Below, in pieces: positions 27,819 through 37,439 of a stretch of DNA of 64,000 bases (position 1 is its first letter; every line of letters begins with the position of its first letter). A program made the position numbers and the translations under genes. The stretch comes from a virus, in the IMG/VR virus record IMGVR_UViG_3300017782_000001; one strand, written 5' to 3'. Under the pieces are notes generated by a model that saw only the letters and a program-made list of their open reading frames with translations, was not told where the DNA came from and searched no databases.

Positions 27819-30800
27819 TTATAATCCTATGAATGCTAATAATTGTGCACGTTTTGCTGCACCCGCAACAGCAGTTTCAAGAGCTTTAACTGAAGCTTGT
27901 TTAAGAGCATTAGAATCTGATGCATCAACAACCAGAATTAAATCAGAATCAATTGAAAAGTCTGCGTTTGAAAGTAAAGGTTTACTTGTTACAAATGCTG
28001 GAGATATAGAAAACTTAGAAACTGAATCATAAGAAACGTCTCCAAAATTTGCTTGATTTTCAAAGTGCTTAAATACATCATCTGCAACTGGCCCTTGATA
28101 ATTAATTTGTCCTGTTGCACTATTATACGTAAGACTTCCATCACCGCCTGAGTCTATTACGCTTATTGCATGTCTTGCATCTGAATCGTTATATTGTAAA
28201 GCACCAGATAATCTTATTTCGTTTGCTGAATCATTATATGTTGCAGTTATATTAGTGTGATTACTATGAGTAAGAGAAGATGCAACAGCATCTTGTGCTC
28301 TTTCATTTGTAAAGTAGAGATTAGTAGTTCCTTCTGCTAATGAATCTGTTGTCGCATCATTAAAGTCAGAATCAAAATTAACACTATTATATTGAGCACC
28401 CGGAGCAAAAGTAAATTGGCCGGTTGCACTATCATAACTAAAACCAGGGCCTGTTGCACTAAATATGTTTCTTGTGTCAGCTGAGTCTAAGATATTTGGC
28501 TTGCCAGTTAATGAGGCATATGCAAAATCTTGTAAAGGTGATATGTTTAGAATATATGCAGAATCAATTAAGTTAATTGCATCAGCAGAATCAAGGAAAG
28601 GTGCTTCAGCTACCCTTGCCAAAACATATGCACTATCAACTGCATCCACAATGGTGTTGTTAATTGTTACTTGTACAGCATTACCAGAATCGCTAATTGA
28701 AGCAGCGACATCACTATCAACACGTGCTTTGGTATAATAAAGATTTGTGCCTTCAGGCAATTGCCCAGTATTTGCTAAACCTAAATCAGAATCAAAGTTT
28801 GCTTTTGTATAAACTGATTCAACATCAAAGGTAAACTGACCAGTAGTAGAGTCGTATGTTAAATCTCCACCAGCACTAAAGTGAGCTCTTACTTCTGCAG
28901 GAGTAGGACCGCTGTAAGTCATTATTCCAGTTGCTGAATCGTAACTGAATGAACCGTCACCACCAGCGTCTACTGAACTAAAGTGAGCTCTTACTTCTGC
29001 TGAACTTGGTCCAGTGTATGTGATAAGACCAGTGTCACTGCTATATGTTAGACTTCCATCACCGCCATTATCAACAAAACCAATTGCGTGTTTAGCATCA
29101 GAGTCTGTTCTAGCCTGAGTGTAGTACTTATTTGTTGAACCTTCTGCTAAAGAGTCAGTAGAAAGATTTGATATATCACTAACTTGACCAGTTACGTTAC
29201 CTGTAACATTACCAATAAAACTATCGGCTTGAATATTTCTATTAAATACAAATCTTTCATCAGCATGTGAATATGTTAATGATGGCTTATTAACAATATT
29301 GGATCCACCTACCGTAATACCTGCGCCATGCATTGCTGAGCTATCAGCAGCACTGTCAGCAAGCACAATGTTTTTATCATTGATACTTACAGTAGTAGAA
29401 TTAATAATTGTTTGAGTACCTTCAACCTGAAGGTTACCGAGAATTTTAACAGTACCAGTATTATCACCAATAGCTGCTGGATCAATTATGAATTCTGCAG
29501 GACCACGTAGCTGACCGGTTTGAGTAATATTTTGAAATCTAACATTACTATTTGAGTCTAATGCTTGATTTGTTGTAAATTTTCCTGTAGAAGAATCATA
29601 AGTTAAACTAGCACCAGCACTAAAATGAGATCTTACTGAATCTGGTGTAGCTCCAGTGTATGTAATAACACCAGTAGTTTCATTGTATTCAAGTGAACCA
29701 TCACCACCAGCATCTACAACACTAATGGATCTCTTTGCATCACTATCAGCCCTTGCTGTAGTGTAATATAAATTTGTTCCTTCTGCAATAGAATCTGTCG
29801 TTGTTGAAAGTAGTCTAACTCTAAAGTCAGAGTCAAAATTAGCTGCGGTGTATATTTCCTCGACATCAATCGAGAATTTTCCTGTTGCGGAATCATATGT
29901 TATGTCGCCGCCTGCGCTAAAATGTTCCCTTACATTGGCTGCACTAATGCTACCGGTAAGTGTTCCTGCTAATGTGATGTTGCCACCTACATTAAGATTG
30001 GAATCAACGGTAAGGTTATCTCTAATTCTTGAAGAATCTGTTACATCTAATGTGCTTTGTAATGTTACACCTTGTCTTACAGTGAGAGTACCATCAACTA
30101 ACGCATTTGAATCAACAAAGATATTACCACTAATAGTAATACCGGAATCTGTTGTTGTTAGTCTTCTGTCTCCATCTCTGTAATTAAGCTGAACGCCTCC
30201 GGAATCTCCGGCAATAATAAGTTGTTGTCCGCCTGATATATTATTAGCAGAAGTAATAACAAGATTAGAACCTATCCTAGGTGTTATTTCAATAGCACCA
30301 TAGTTGTTTTCTATTTGAAGATTGTTATCACTTTCTTTTATTGTGGAAAATTTGTTTCCTGTGCCAAAGCTAATATTTTGTCCGTCAGGTAAAGCTATAC
30401 CTTCGTGATATGTCGAACGGAAATCGGTTCTGCCAAAGTTGGAATCATTGAAGGTAAAGATTCCTGTAGCAGAATCGTAAGTAAAGTCTGTGCTATCTTG
30501 GCCTGTGACCTGACCAGAAATAAGCTTTCTTGTTTCTGGTCCAGTAAATAAAATTGTGCCTGTCGCAGAATCATACGTGATATCACCATCACCGGCGCCA
30601 GACGAATCTTTTCTTGCAGATAAAACCCCGCGAATATCCGAAGTGTTAACACCTTGGAAATTAAATGTACCGCCAATAGAATCAAATGCAAGTGATGCAA
30701 AGTCACCAGTGCTATTAACTGAAACATTTTGTCCAATAGCCTGAGCTAAGCTTACGTGTTTGAATTTTGATTGTGCAGAATCATAGCGAAGAAATGATCC

Positions 30801-30983
30801 TTCGCTTAAGTTATTACTTCCATCTACATCTGAAAGATTGACTAAGAAACCTTGCGCAGCAATGCCTGTTTTAATTGGCGTACCAACAACGACTTTCTTT
30901 ACGATAGTCTTATTGCCAGGAACAACAACTTTAGTTACTTGACGTACTCGTGTTTTCCCTGCACTTACAATGATTTCAGCCAT
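27819..30983 (-). CDS. Tail fibre protein with internal repeats, extremely DS-rich (1054 aa)
   Basis: Repeats TDSLAEG.NLY(Y/F)T.AR, HFSAGGD.TYDS.TG, D.GGDGSL.Y; GNLQVEGTQT.INSTT...DKNI.L fibre motif. Confidence 0.8.
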   Translation of the reverse strand: MAEIIVSAGKTRVRQVTKVVVPGNKTIVKKVVVGTPIKTGIAAQGFLVNLSDVDGSNNLSEGSFLRYDSAQSKFKHVSLAQAIGQNVSVNSTGDFASLAFDSIGGTFNFQGVNTSDIRGVLSARKDSSGAGDGDITYDSATGTILFTGPETRKLISGQVTGQDSTDFTYDSATGIFTFNDSNFGRTDFRSTYHEGIALPDGQNISFGTGNKFSTIKESDNNLQIENNYGAIEITPRIGSNLVITSANNISGGQQLIIAGDSGGVQLNYRDGDRRLTTTDSGITISGNIFVDSNALVDGTLTVRQGVTLQSTLDVTDSSRIRDNLTVDSNLNVGGNITLAGTLTGSISAANVREHFSAGGDITYDSATGKFSIDVEEIYTAANFDSDFRVRLLSTTTDSIAEGTNLYYTTARADSDAKRSISVVDAGGDGSLEYNETTGVITYTGATPDSVRSHFSAGASLTYDSSTGKFTTNQALDSNSNVRFQNITQTGQLRGPAEFIIDPAAIGDNTGTVKILGNLQVEGTQTIINSTTVSINDKNIVLADSAADSSAMHGAGITVGGSNIVNKPSLTYSHADERFVFNRNIQADSFIGNVTGNVTGQVSDISNLSTDSLAEGSTNKYYTQARTDSDAKHAIGFVDNGGDGSLTYSSDTGLITYTGPSSAEVRAHFSSVDAGGDGSFSYDSATGIMTYSGPTPAEVRAHFSAGGDLTYDSTTGQFTFDVESVYTKANFDSDLGLANTGQLPEGTNLYYTKARVDSDVAASISDSGNAVQVTINNTIVDAVDSAYVLARVAEAPFLDSADAINLIDSAYILNISPLQDFAYASLTGKPNILDSADTRNIFSATGPGFSYDSATGQFTFAPGAQYNSVNFDSDFNDATTDSLAEGTTNLYFTNERAQDAVASSLTHSNHTNITATYNDSANEIRLSGALQYNDSDARHAISVIDSGGDGSLTYNSATGQINYQGPVADDVFKHFENQANFGDVSYDSVSKFSISPAFVTSKPLLSNADFSIDSDLILVVDASDSNALKQASVKALETAVAGAAKRAQLLAFIGL
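28875..29000. repeat. 24-bp exact direct repeat inside the fibre gene (28875-28898, 28977-29000)
   Basis: actaaagtgagctcttacttctgc twice, encoding AEVRAHFS. Confidence 0.85.
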
Positions 30984-30998
30984 TCATTACTCCGGTAA

Positions 30999-31349
30999 TC
31001 AAGTAACGCCAGGCGTTACTGTAATTTGTCCTTCAAGGATTCTTTCGATCACCGTGTTTGTATTACTATCTTGGAAAGAGATCTCTACATCATATACGTA
31101 TCGTCCATTTTTTAATGCAGCAGTAGTAGCATTATTTAGTGTTAGTTCTACTATACCATCAGTTTCGGGAGAGATAACTGACGATGTAAATACTGTTGCA
31201 TCTGAATCAGGCGTGTTATAAGTTTTTTTCATTTTTGCTGCAACAGAATAGTCTAGCAAATTTTTCTTATTACCGTCAATGTCGACAAGCTCTAGCTTTA
31301 TCGTTACATCTGTACCTTGATCTATTGTGATTTCTTCTTGCTGTGCCAT
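30999..31349 (-). CDS. Baseplate/fibre adaptor-like Ig-fold protein (BppU N-terminal-like)
   Basis: IDQGTD...T.AL..GRYVYDVEI...RILEGQITVTPGVT. Confidence 0.75.
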   Translation of the reverse strand: MAQQEEITIDQGTDVTIKLELVDIDGNKKNLLDYSVAAKMKKTYNTPDSDATVFTSSVISPETDGIVELTLNNATTAALKNGRYVYDVEISFQDSNTNTVIERILEGQITVTPGVT

Positions 31350-31381
31350 AAAACAAACTCATATATTAAAAGGGTTTGTTC

Positions 31382-31389
31382 TATTTATA
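31382..31389 (-). promoter_or_regulatory. Late promoter TATAAATA
   Basis: Exact motif upstream of 31349. Confidence 0.8.
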
Positions 31390-31990
31390 CCCCAAAGATC
31401 ATGAACCGTGTATAACCATCAAGCTTAAGTTCGCATTCTTTAAGTATTCTTAACTTTACTGAATTTGAAAAATCATGAACAGACCCTTTAGAATTAATAT
31501 GATCTTCATGACCATGCATATTATTTGAAGTTAAGCAAACTAAAGTGCTTTCATTTTTTTTAGAAAGAAAGTTGTTTAATGTTTCATCTGTGATATGCTC
31601 GCATGAAGGCAATACAATAATATCAAAGTGTTCATCATCTGGATTCCAATCTTCTATTTTACCCCACGTATGTTTAATCTTAGGATACATCCAACCGCCA
31701 ATAGGTTGACACATTGGATCTTTGTCCATTATACATACTTTATTAGGTTTTATTTTAGAAGTTCTAATCATATCACCTACTAGGCCAAACCACCCGGCGT
31801 GAATTAAAACATTAGGATTTACAAGTTCTTTCATTTCGCACATGTCAGCCAATTCAAGAGTCAACCACTTTTTGGTTGCCATTTGATTTTCATTTACATG
31901 GTTAGCTATAGATAAAGCTAAGTCAACATTGTGCGGCCATTGACGCAATGCAGTGTCAACAGATTTAAGAGCTTCTTTGTAATAGGACAT
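31385..31990 (-). CDS. Class I SAM-dependent methyltransferase-like protein
   Basis: VLIHAGWFG (motif I variant), DKDP, DIIVLPSCEH, SNN...EDHIN, YTRFMIFG. Confidence 0.7.
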   Translation of the reverse strand: MSYYKEALKSVDTALRQWPHNVDLALSIANHVNENQMATKKWLTLELADMCEMKELVNPNVLIHAGWFGLVGDMIRTSKIKPNKVCIMDKDPMCQPIGGWMYPKIKHTWGKIEDWNPDDEHFDIIVLPSCEHITDETLNNFLSKKNESTLVCLTSNNMHGHEDHINSKGSVHDFSNSVKLRILKECELKLDGYTRFMIFGV

Positions 31991-31993
31991 AGT

Positions 31994-32887
31994 ATGAGTA
32001 TTTATAAAAATAAAGTAGTCTTTAGTTTATACGTAGATATTCCAGAAGAAAAATTAGATTATCAACCTCCTCATGTAGATACGACAATTTCCAAAACATT
32101 ACATACAAAAGAACAATTTTTAATACATTCCCCTTGGCTTATAGAAAAGCAAAAGCAGTATGCATCTTTAATAGGCGCAGACTATTTTTGTTTTACATAT
32201 GATAAAGCGTATGAAGAATATGCAAAAACTATGCCAAGCACAATCACTGAATATAACATTGTTAACTTTTATAAAATTAAGCTCTTATATGATTTAGCTG
32301 AAAAATATGATGAGGTTTTATATTTAGACCTTGACGTTATTCCAATGACAGATCAGTGTTTTTTTAAGAGATGGCCAGGCTTAACTATAATGTCAGGTAC
32401 GGCTGAAAGTCAAACAAGAATTGAAACTAATAATAAAGCTCTACTAAGGATGAAACGTAGTACAAAAAAACATAGCAATAGATCACCTACTGCAAAATAT
32501 TGGAATACACAAGCAATGCTATTTAATAGAGATTTTAGCACTAGCGATATTGAAGTTTTTAATACTGGAATAATTGGGTCAAATAAAAAAAGTCTTGAGC
32601 TTCTTGATTATTTTAATTCTTTTGAAAAGAATATTAAGTATATGGATAGCTTAGTAAAAGAACAAGATAGTATATATCCAGACTACATACAAAAATTATT
32701 TGGGTATGATAATGAAACTTTGTGGAGCTATTTAATGATAAGCAAAAAAATACCATACAATAAACTAAGTCCTTCTTGGCATTACTTTATGGATAAGTTT
32801 TCATACATACCAAAAGGAACTAAATTAGTTCATTGCATTAAAAAGGATTTTGATTTTGTCAAGAATCATATACAGTCTATACAGTGA
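31994..32887 (+). CDS. GT-A fold glycosyltransferase-like protein
   Basis: YASLIGADY, KIKLL...YDEVLYLDLDVIP (DxD), FNTGIIG, DNET, WHY; start at ATG 31994. Confidence 0.75.
   Translation: MSIYKNKVVFSLYVDIPEEKLDYQPPHVDTTISKTLHTKEQFLIHSPWLIEKQKQYASLIGADYFCFTYDKAYEEYAKTMPSTITEYNIVNFYKIKLLYDLAEKYDEVLYLDLDVIPMTDQCFFKRWPGLTIMSGTAESQTRIETNNKALLRMKRSTKKHSNRSPTAKYWNTQAMLFNRDFSTSDIEVFNTGIIGSNKKSLELLDYFNSFEKNIKYMDSLVKEQDSIYPDYIQKLFGYDNETLWSYLMISKKIPYNKLSPSWHYFMDKFSYIPKGTKLVHCIKKDFDFVKNHIQSIQ
31999..32006 (-). promoter_or_regulatory. Late promoter TATAAATA for the methyltransferase gene, located inside the divergent GT gene
   Basis: Exact motif 8 nt from the ATG at 31990. Confidence 0.65.
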
Positions 32888-33647
32888 AAATGTAGGTGAG
32901 CATATGTCTTCAACTGATTATAAAAAAAATCAGTTTAAGAAATACAAACTACACTTAGAAACAAAACAATTAGAATACGCAACAAAAGTTAGCGCTGATT
33001 ATAAACTATACATTATAAAAGAAACCGACTACGATAAAATTCAATTTATGAAACTAAATAAACTTGAAGAATTATCAAAAATATATGACGAAGTTTTGTA
33101 TTTAGATTTTGATGTAATCCCTCAAACAGATGTCAACTTTTTTGAATACTTTGATATGAATAAAATTAACGCCTATTCTATGTCTAGAACTCCTGGAGCA
33201 AATGAATTAAAGTGGAAGTTTCAAGCAAATGACTGGGATAGAATGAATGTATATGCAAAAACTTGTGCTAAAAAATCAATGTTAATTTTAGAAAACATGT
33301 CTGGCAATGATACAATGATTAACACAGGAGTTATTGGAGGTAATCGTAAAGCAATCCAAAACTTAAATTTTAGTAAAAGATTGCCTGAAGCATATAAAGT
33401 TTTTGAAGAATCGTGTATTGATAATCTATATCCAGAAGAAATTTCAAGATCTTGGAGACCTAATAACGAAGTGTTTATATCATGGATGATAGAAAAATAT
33501 AATGTACCTTACACAAATATTGGCATGGCCTGGAATTTTATGCTTGACGATTATGCGCCTCGAGGAGGAGAATCATCGCACTTTTTACACCACATAAAAA
33601 AAGAATTTGATATTACCTTTGGAGAAATAGATGAAATGGAATCCTAA
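32850..33647 (+). CDS. GT-A fold glycosyltransferase-like protein (paralogue of the previous gene)
   Basis: YDEVLYLDFDVIP, INTGVIG, NNEV, WNF, FLHHIKKEFD. Confidence 0.75.
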   Translation: MILSRIIYSLYSENVGEHMSSTDYKKNQFKKYKLHLETKQLEYATKVSADYKLYIIKETDYDKIQFMKLNKLEELSKIYDEVLYLDFDVIPQTDVNFFEYFDMNKINAYSMSRTPGANELKWKFQANDWDRMNVYAKTCAKKSMLILENMSGNDTMINTGVIGGNRKAIQNLNFSKRLPEAYKVFEESCIDNLYPEEISRSWRPNNEVFISWMIEKYNVPYTNIGMAWNFMLDDYAPRGGESSHFLHHIKKEFDITFGEIDEMES

Positions 33648-34695
33648 TTCAATAAAGGTTTTTCTTGACATATCAACTTATTGTAATGCTGGTTGTCCTC
33701 AATGTCATAGAACAAGCGAAAACGGTTTAGGTAAAACCGATTGGCTGCCACTAATACAATGGGATCTTGATATGTTCAAAAAAGCATTTCCTCCTAGTGA
33801 AATGATGCGTATTAAGATATTTAAGTTTTGTGGAACATGGGGCGATCCGGTTATGTGCAAAGACTTAGATAAAATTTTTGCATATATTATTGATAACTCA
33901 GACACTTTAATTTCTATGGATACAAATGGAAGTATCCGAAATGCTGATTGGTGGTGGGATATAGGTGTTAAGTGTAGATCTAGATTAGAAGTTATATTTG
34001 ATATTGATGGAATCAATCAGGAAATGCATGAAAAATATAGAAGATTTACTCACTTAAGTAAAGTTCTAGAAAATATGGATATGCTTAGTCAGACTACATC
34101 ATTAGTAAAATCTCAAACTATTTTATTTAAGCACAACCAAGAATATAAAAGTGAAATTAAAAACCTAGTTAAAGCACATGGATCTATTGCTCACGCATTT
34201 GTAATTAGTGATAGATTTAGAGGTAAAGAAATTAGATCATTTATTAATGAACATGGAGAAGAAGATTGTTTAGAAGCTGCTGACAGAGAAGTATTGCCGG
34301 ATGGAATAATTGCTGGAAGTACAGACAGATATAATTCTTATGAAATAAAATGTAGATGGGCTTTGCCGAGAAACGAAATTGTAGTTAACCCTGATGGTCA
34401 AATTATGCCTTGTTGTTTTCACGCAAACGCACACTTTTGGCAAAGACACGATCCTGTATATAAAAACAGCAAAACAGCATTAAACTTAAATGCTGTTTAT
34501 AGCGAAGACTATAATAGAAATTTGAAGTCTTATAATGTACTACATACGAAATTATCTGAAATATTAAATTCAGACTGGTTTACAAAAGCTTTACCAAATA
34601 GTATAAAAGGTAATGATCCAATTGGCCAATGTGTTAGAAATTGTTCTAATAGACAAAAGAAAACTCATCAGATTAGAGAATTACATGCACCTTGA
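33631..34695 (+). CDS. Radical SAM protein with SPASM/twitch-like C-terminal Cys cluster
   Basis: CNAGCPQC (CxxxCxxC), GTWGDP, TNGS, IDG, C...VNPDGQIMPCC...CVRNC. Confidence 0.92.
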   Translation: MKWNPNSIKVFLDISTYCNAGCPQCHRTSENGLGKTDWLPLIQWDLDMFKKAFPPSEMMRIKIFKFCGTWGDPVMCKDLDKIFAYIIDNSDTLISMDTNGSIRNADWWWDIGVKCRSRLEVIFDIDGINQEMHEKYRRFTHLSKVLENMDMLSQTTSLVKSQTILFKHNQEYKSEIKNLVKAHGSIAHAFVISDRFRGKEIRSFINEHGEEDCLEAADREVLPDGIIAGSTDRYNSYEIKCRWALPRNEIVVNPDGQIMPCCFHANAHFWQRHDPVYKNSKTALNLNAVYSEDYNRNLKSYNVLHTKLSEILNSDWFTKALPNSIKGNDPIGQCVRNCSNRQKKTHQIRELHAP

Positions 34696-35266
34696 TAGAA
34701 TTATTGTAGTTAACACTGGCACAAAATATAGTGAGTGGTACGTCAATAACATAAAGCATATGATTGATACGTATTCTAATTTAGAATACGATGAATTTGT
34801 GGTGATAAAAGAAAACAAATACGATCTTCAGGTTGCAAATAAACTTATTATGTTTGATAAGTTTCGCACTGGAACAAATATTTATTTTGACTTAGATGTT
34901 ATTATAAAAGGAGATTGCAATAGGTTTTTGTCAAACTCATTAAAAGTTTGTTGGGCCTGGTGGAGAGATGCATGGCACACACCACTAAATTCAAGCATTA
35001 TATCTTGGACCGGTGATAGAAGTGATGTGTTTAAGTTGTGGGATCAGAATCCAGATTACTATCAGTTGAAGTATTATCTAGGGATTGATCAATATTTTCA
35101 TGAGATGATTCGTCCGAATCTAAACTTTCATTGGTATGGTTATTGCTCGTATCAGACAGAGTTTCGAGATTTACCGGAGTATCCTGTTGTTCTGATGAAT
35201 CAGAATCATCAGAAGATGCTTCAGCCTGGGTGGTGGCAGGAGTATTTGCTGCACGAGCCTCAATAA
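34685..35266 (+). CDS. Small GT-A glycosyltransferase-like protein
   Basis: GTKYS..YVN, IYFDLDVII (DxD), NSSIISW, GIDQY; ATG at 34685. Confidence 0.75.
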   Translation: MHLDRIIVVNTGTKYSEWYVNNIKHMIDTYSNLEYDEFVVIKENKYDLQVANKLIMFDKFRTGTNIYFDLDVIIKGDCNRFLSNSLKVCWAWWRDAWHTPLNSSIISWTGDRSDVFKLWDQNPDYYQLKYYLGIDQYFHEMIRPNLNFHWYGYCSYQTEFRDLPEYPVVLMNQNHQKMLQPGWWQEYLLHEPQ

Positions 35267-35741
35267 CAATTTCTGTAGAAATATTAACGGCTTCAAGTAA
35301 AGTCGGAGCTTTTCTTAATTTAGATTTAAGAGCTTTATTTTTACTATTCATAATTTCTTCATTTTCAAATAAAGCAATTTTAATTAAGAAAAGTTTTTCT
35401 TTATGGTCTTCTGCGTCAAAGTCAATAAAGATAGATTTAAGTAGAACTTCATATAGTTTACTATTTAGATCATCCACATCATAAATTAAGCCTTGATCTT
35501 TTGCAATTGCAATAACATCTTTTTCATAATCTTCCTGCATCACTTTCATACGCTTATACGTATTTTCATGTAGCTGATCTTCGGTTACTATTTCCAAAAG
35601 ATCTTGATAAACCTTTTGTGATTTATCAGCTTTCAAATATTCAACGTATGCGTCTTCATCATTATCAGGATTTACATAAACCACTTCTATAGTATTTCTA
35701 GTGTCGTTTGTAAAATATGCGTTATAAAATTGATATGTCAT
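35031..35741 (-). CDS. Hypothetical protein with an acidic S/D/T-rich tail encoded antisense to the GT gene
   Basis: Starts 2 bp after the upstream late gene; the last 236 bp overlap the + strand gene. Confidence 0.7.
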   Translation of the reverse strand: MTYQFYNAYFTNDTRNTIEVVYVNPDNDEDAYVEYLKADKSQKVYQDLLEIVTEDQLHENTYKRMKVMQEDYEKDVIAIAKDQGLIYDVDDLNSKLYEVLLKSIFIDFDAEDHKEKLFLIKIALFENEEIMNSKNKALKSKLRKAPTLLEAVNISTEIVIEARAANTPATTQAEASSDDSDSSEQQDTPVNLETLSDTSNNHTNESLDSDESSHENIDQSLDNTSTDSNLDSDPTT

Positions 35742-35743
35742 GA

Positions 35744-36688
35744 TTAAGACCTTTGTATAGAAAATGTATAAGTGTTAACTGTAATTACTGACCCTGAAGG
35801 GTGCTCCTGCGCGCGGTAATCGTTTGTATCTACTTTTCTAGTTCTATACGTAGATCCATTAACGACAGTGTTTACAAGGGCAGTTCCTCTTTGTTGTCCT
35901 GTTCCAGTCCAGTTATACGAAATTTGGTTACCAGTACCTCCGTTAGCTCCGCCATAATATTGCAAAAGTTCTCCTAATGTAACATCTAAAGCAGCAGCAT
36001 CGTATGTTTCTATGTTATCATCTGCACCAATTTTCAAAGGCAAAGGGTGATTTTCAACTGTAGTTAAAGAAGCATTACCAATGTGAAGATAGTAATTATT
36101 AATAGTAGTAGGTTGATCTTTTGTTTCACTAATACCGCCAGACGTATAGGCACCAACATTAGCTCTAGTATCAGTAAAGACAGGAGTACCTGAAACAATT
36201 GTGTGATTAGCTAGACTGGTTAAAGTTGAAAGCTTATAAACTCCAGGGTGATCGCTTCCATCCACAATATCATCTAATGCTTGAGTAATAAAGGTGTCAA
36301 ACATATCCTGTTGGTTCATAGCAACTAAGTTATTTGTGCCATCAAGATAAAGTGGGTATCTTCTGTTATTAGTATCTGTAACACCTGACATAGAATCAGG
36401 TGAATGAATTAAACGATTATAATTAATTGTTTTTGTGGTTACATCAGCAGTTTGTGCTGCAGTACGAAATGATGATACGTGAGTATTACCTGCTCCTGCC
36501 ATTTTACGAGTATCGGAGATCGTCAGCATATTACCTCCAAGAACTCCAGAGGCAACTTGAATGTTTACTGTTTTGTAATTTCCATGTAAAAATAATACGC
36601 GCTTGCGAATTCTTTGTATGCCTTGAACAGACATGGGGCGAATTGTGCCTGCCGCATGATCCCAGTATACCGGATACCTAATAGCCAT
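35744..36688 (-). CDS. Virion structural protein (fibre/baseplate-associated)
   Basis: Thr/Gly-rich, repeated P.Y.D motif, C-terminal YRAQEHPSG; in the late operon. Confidence 0.65.
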   Translation of the reverse strand: MAIRYPVYWDHAAGTIRPMSVQGIQRIRKRVLFLHGNYKTVNIQVASGVLGGNMLTISDTRKMAGAGNTHVSSFRTAAQTADVTTKTINYNRLIHSPDSMSGVTDTNNRRYPLYLDGTNNLVAMNQQDMFDTFITQALDDIVDGSDHPGVYKLSTLTSLANHTIVSGTPVFTDTRANVGAYTSGGISETKDQPTTINNYYLHIGNASLTTVENHPLPLKIGADDNIETYDAAALDVTLGELLQYYGGANGGTGNQISYNWTGTGQQRGTALVNTVVNGSTYRTRKVDTNDYRAQEHPSGSVITVNTYTFSIQRS

Positions 36689-36691
36689 CGA

Positions 36692-37219
36692 CTAGCTCCC
36701 CGGAGATCTTAGTGTCTTTACTATCGTTCCCGCAGAATCTGTAATTGTGAGAGTAACAGTCGAATCAAACTTCGATGACTGAATAGTGTTGTCTGCAATT
36801 TTACCATTTGTAATTGCAAAGTCTTGAACCATAGCAGTTGTAAGACTGAGAGATCCAACATGAGTTGAGTCAATCGCATCAGTAGCAATAATAATACCTG
36901 TGACAGCATCAAGCTGAAGCTTTAATGTACCTACTGATCTTGCTTGAATAGCATTTGAATCAACTGCTAAATCCCCAAGATTAATTGAATCTACTGGAAA
37001 ATATAAACCGTAAAAAGAATCTAAGTTTGAATCAATCATACGATTGATTTCAGCAGAGTCCTTAGAGTTAAGGTTGATTTCGTTAATAGCTTCAACGAGG
37101 TCAGAGTCTGCATCTGTTGCAAGCTCGTCAAGATCGCCAAAGTAATTACTTAACGTATTGGTTTTGGTGCGCCAATCATCTACGAGATCATCAATTTCAA
37201 TTTTAATTCTACGTGCCAT
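36692..37219 (-). CDS. Short fibre-like virion protein, DS-rich
   Basis: WRTKTN...GDL..L.T....DLVEAINE head and ITNGKIADN.I repeats; 9 DS in 175 aa. Confidence 0.7.
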   Translation of the reverse strand: MARRIKIEIDDLVDDWRTKTNTLSNYFGDLDELATDADSDLVEAINEINLNSKDSAEINRMIDSNLDSFYGLYFPVDSINLGDLAVDSNAIQARSVGTLKLQLDAVTGIIIATDAIDSTHVGSLSLTTAMVQDFAITNGKIADNTIQSSKFDSTVTLTITDSAGTIVKTLRSPGS

Positions 37220-37439
37220 TTTTATCTACCAATATTTTGAGCAAATTTTTTATCTCACCTATTTCATTCTTTAAGTTATTTATATCATTTTCCATTTGTT
37301 TTTTTTTCTTCTTAGCAGCCCTGGCAACGTTACCATCTTCACTTTTAGATCTAACAATAGCATTAGATCTCATATCTCTTTTCCAGCCAGGATGACCTTC
37401 AATGTCAACAAATCTTCCAAATTTATTTTCTGCGTTCAT
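37209..37439 (-). CDS. Conserved small coiled-coil protein of T4-like phages
   Basis: IEGHP...RD..SNAIV...INNLKNEIGEIKNLL. Confidence 0.75.
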   Translation of the reverse strand: MNAENKFGRFVDIEGHPGWKRDMRSNAIVRSKSEDGNVARAAKKKKKQMENDINNLKNEIGEIKNLLKILVDKNGT

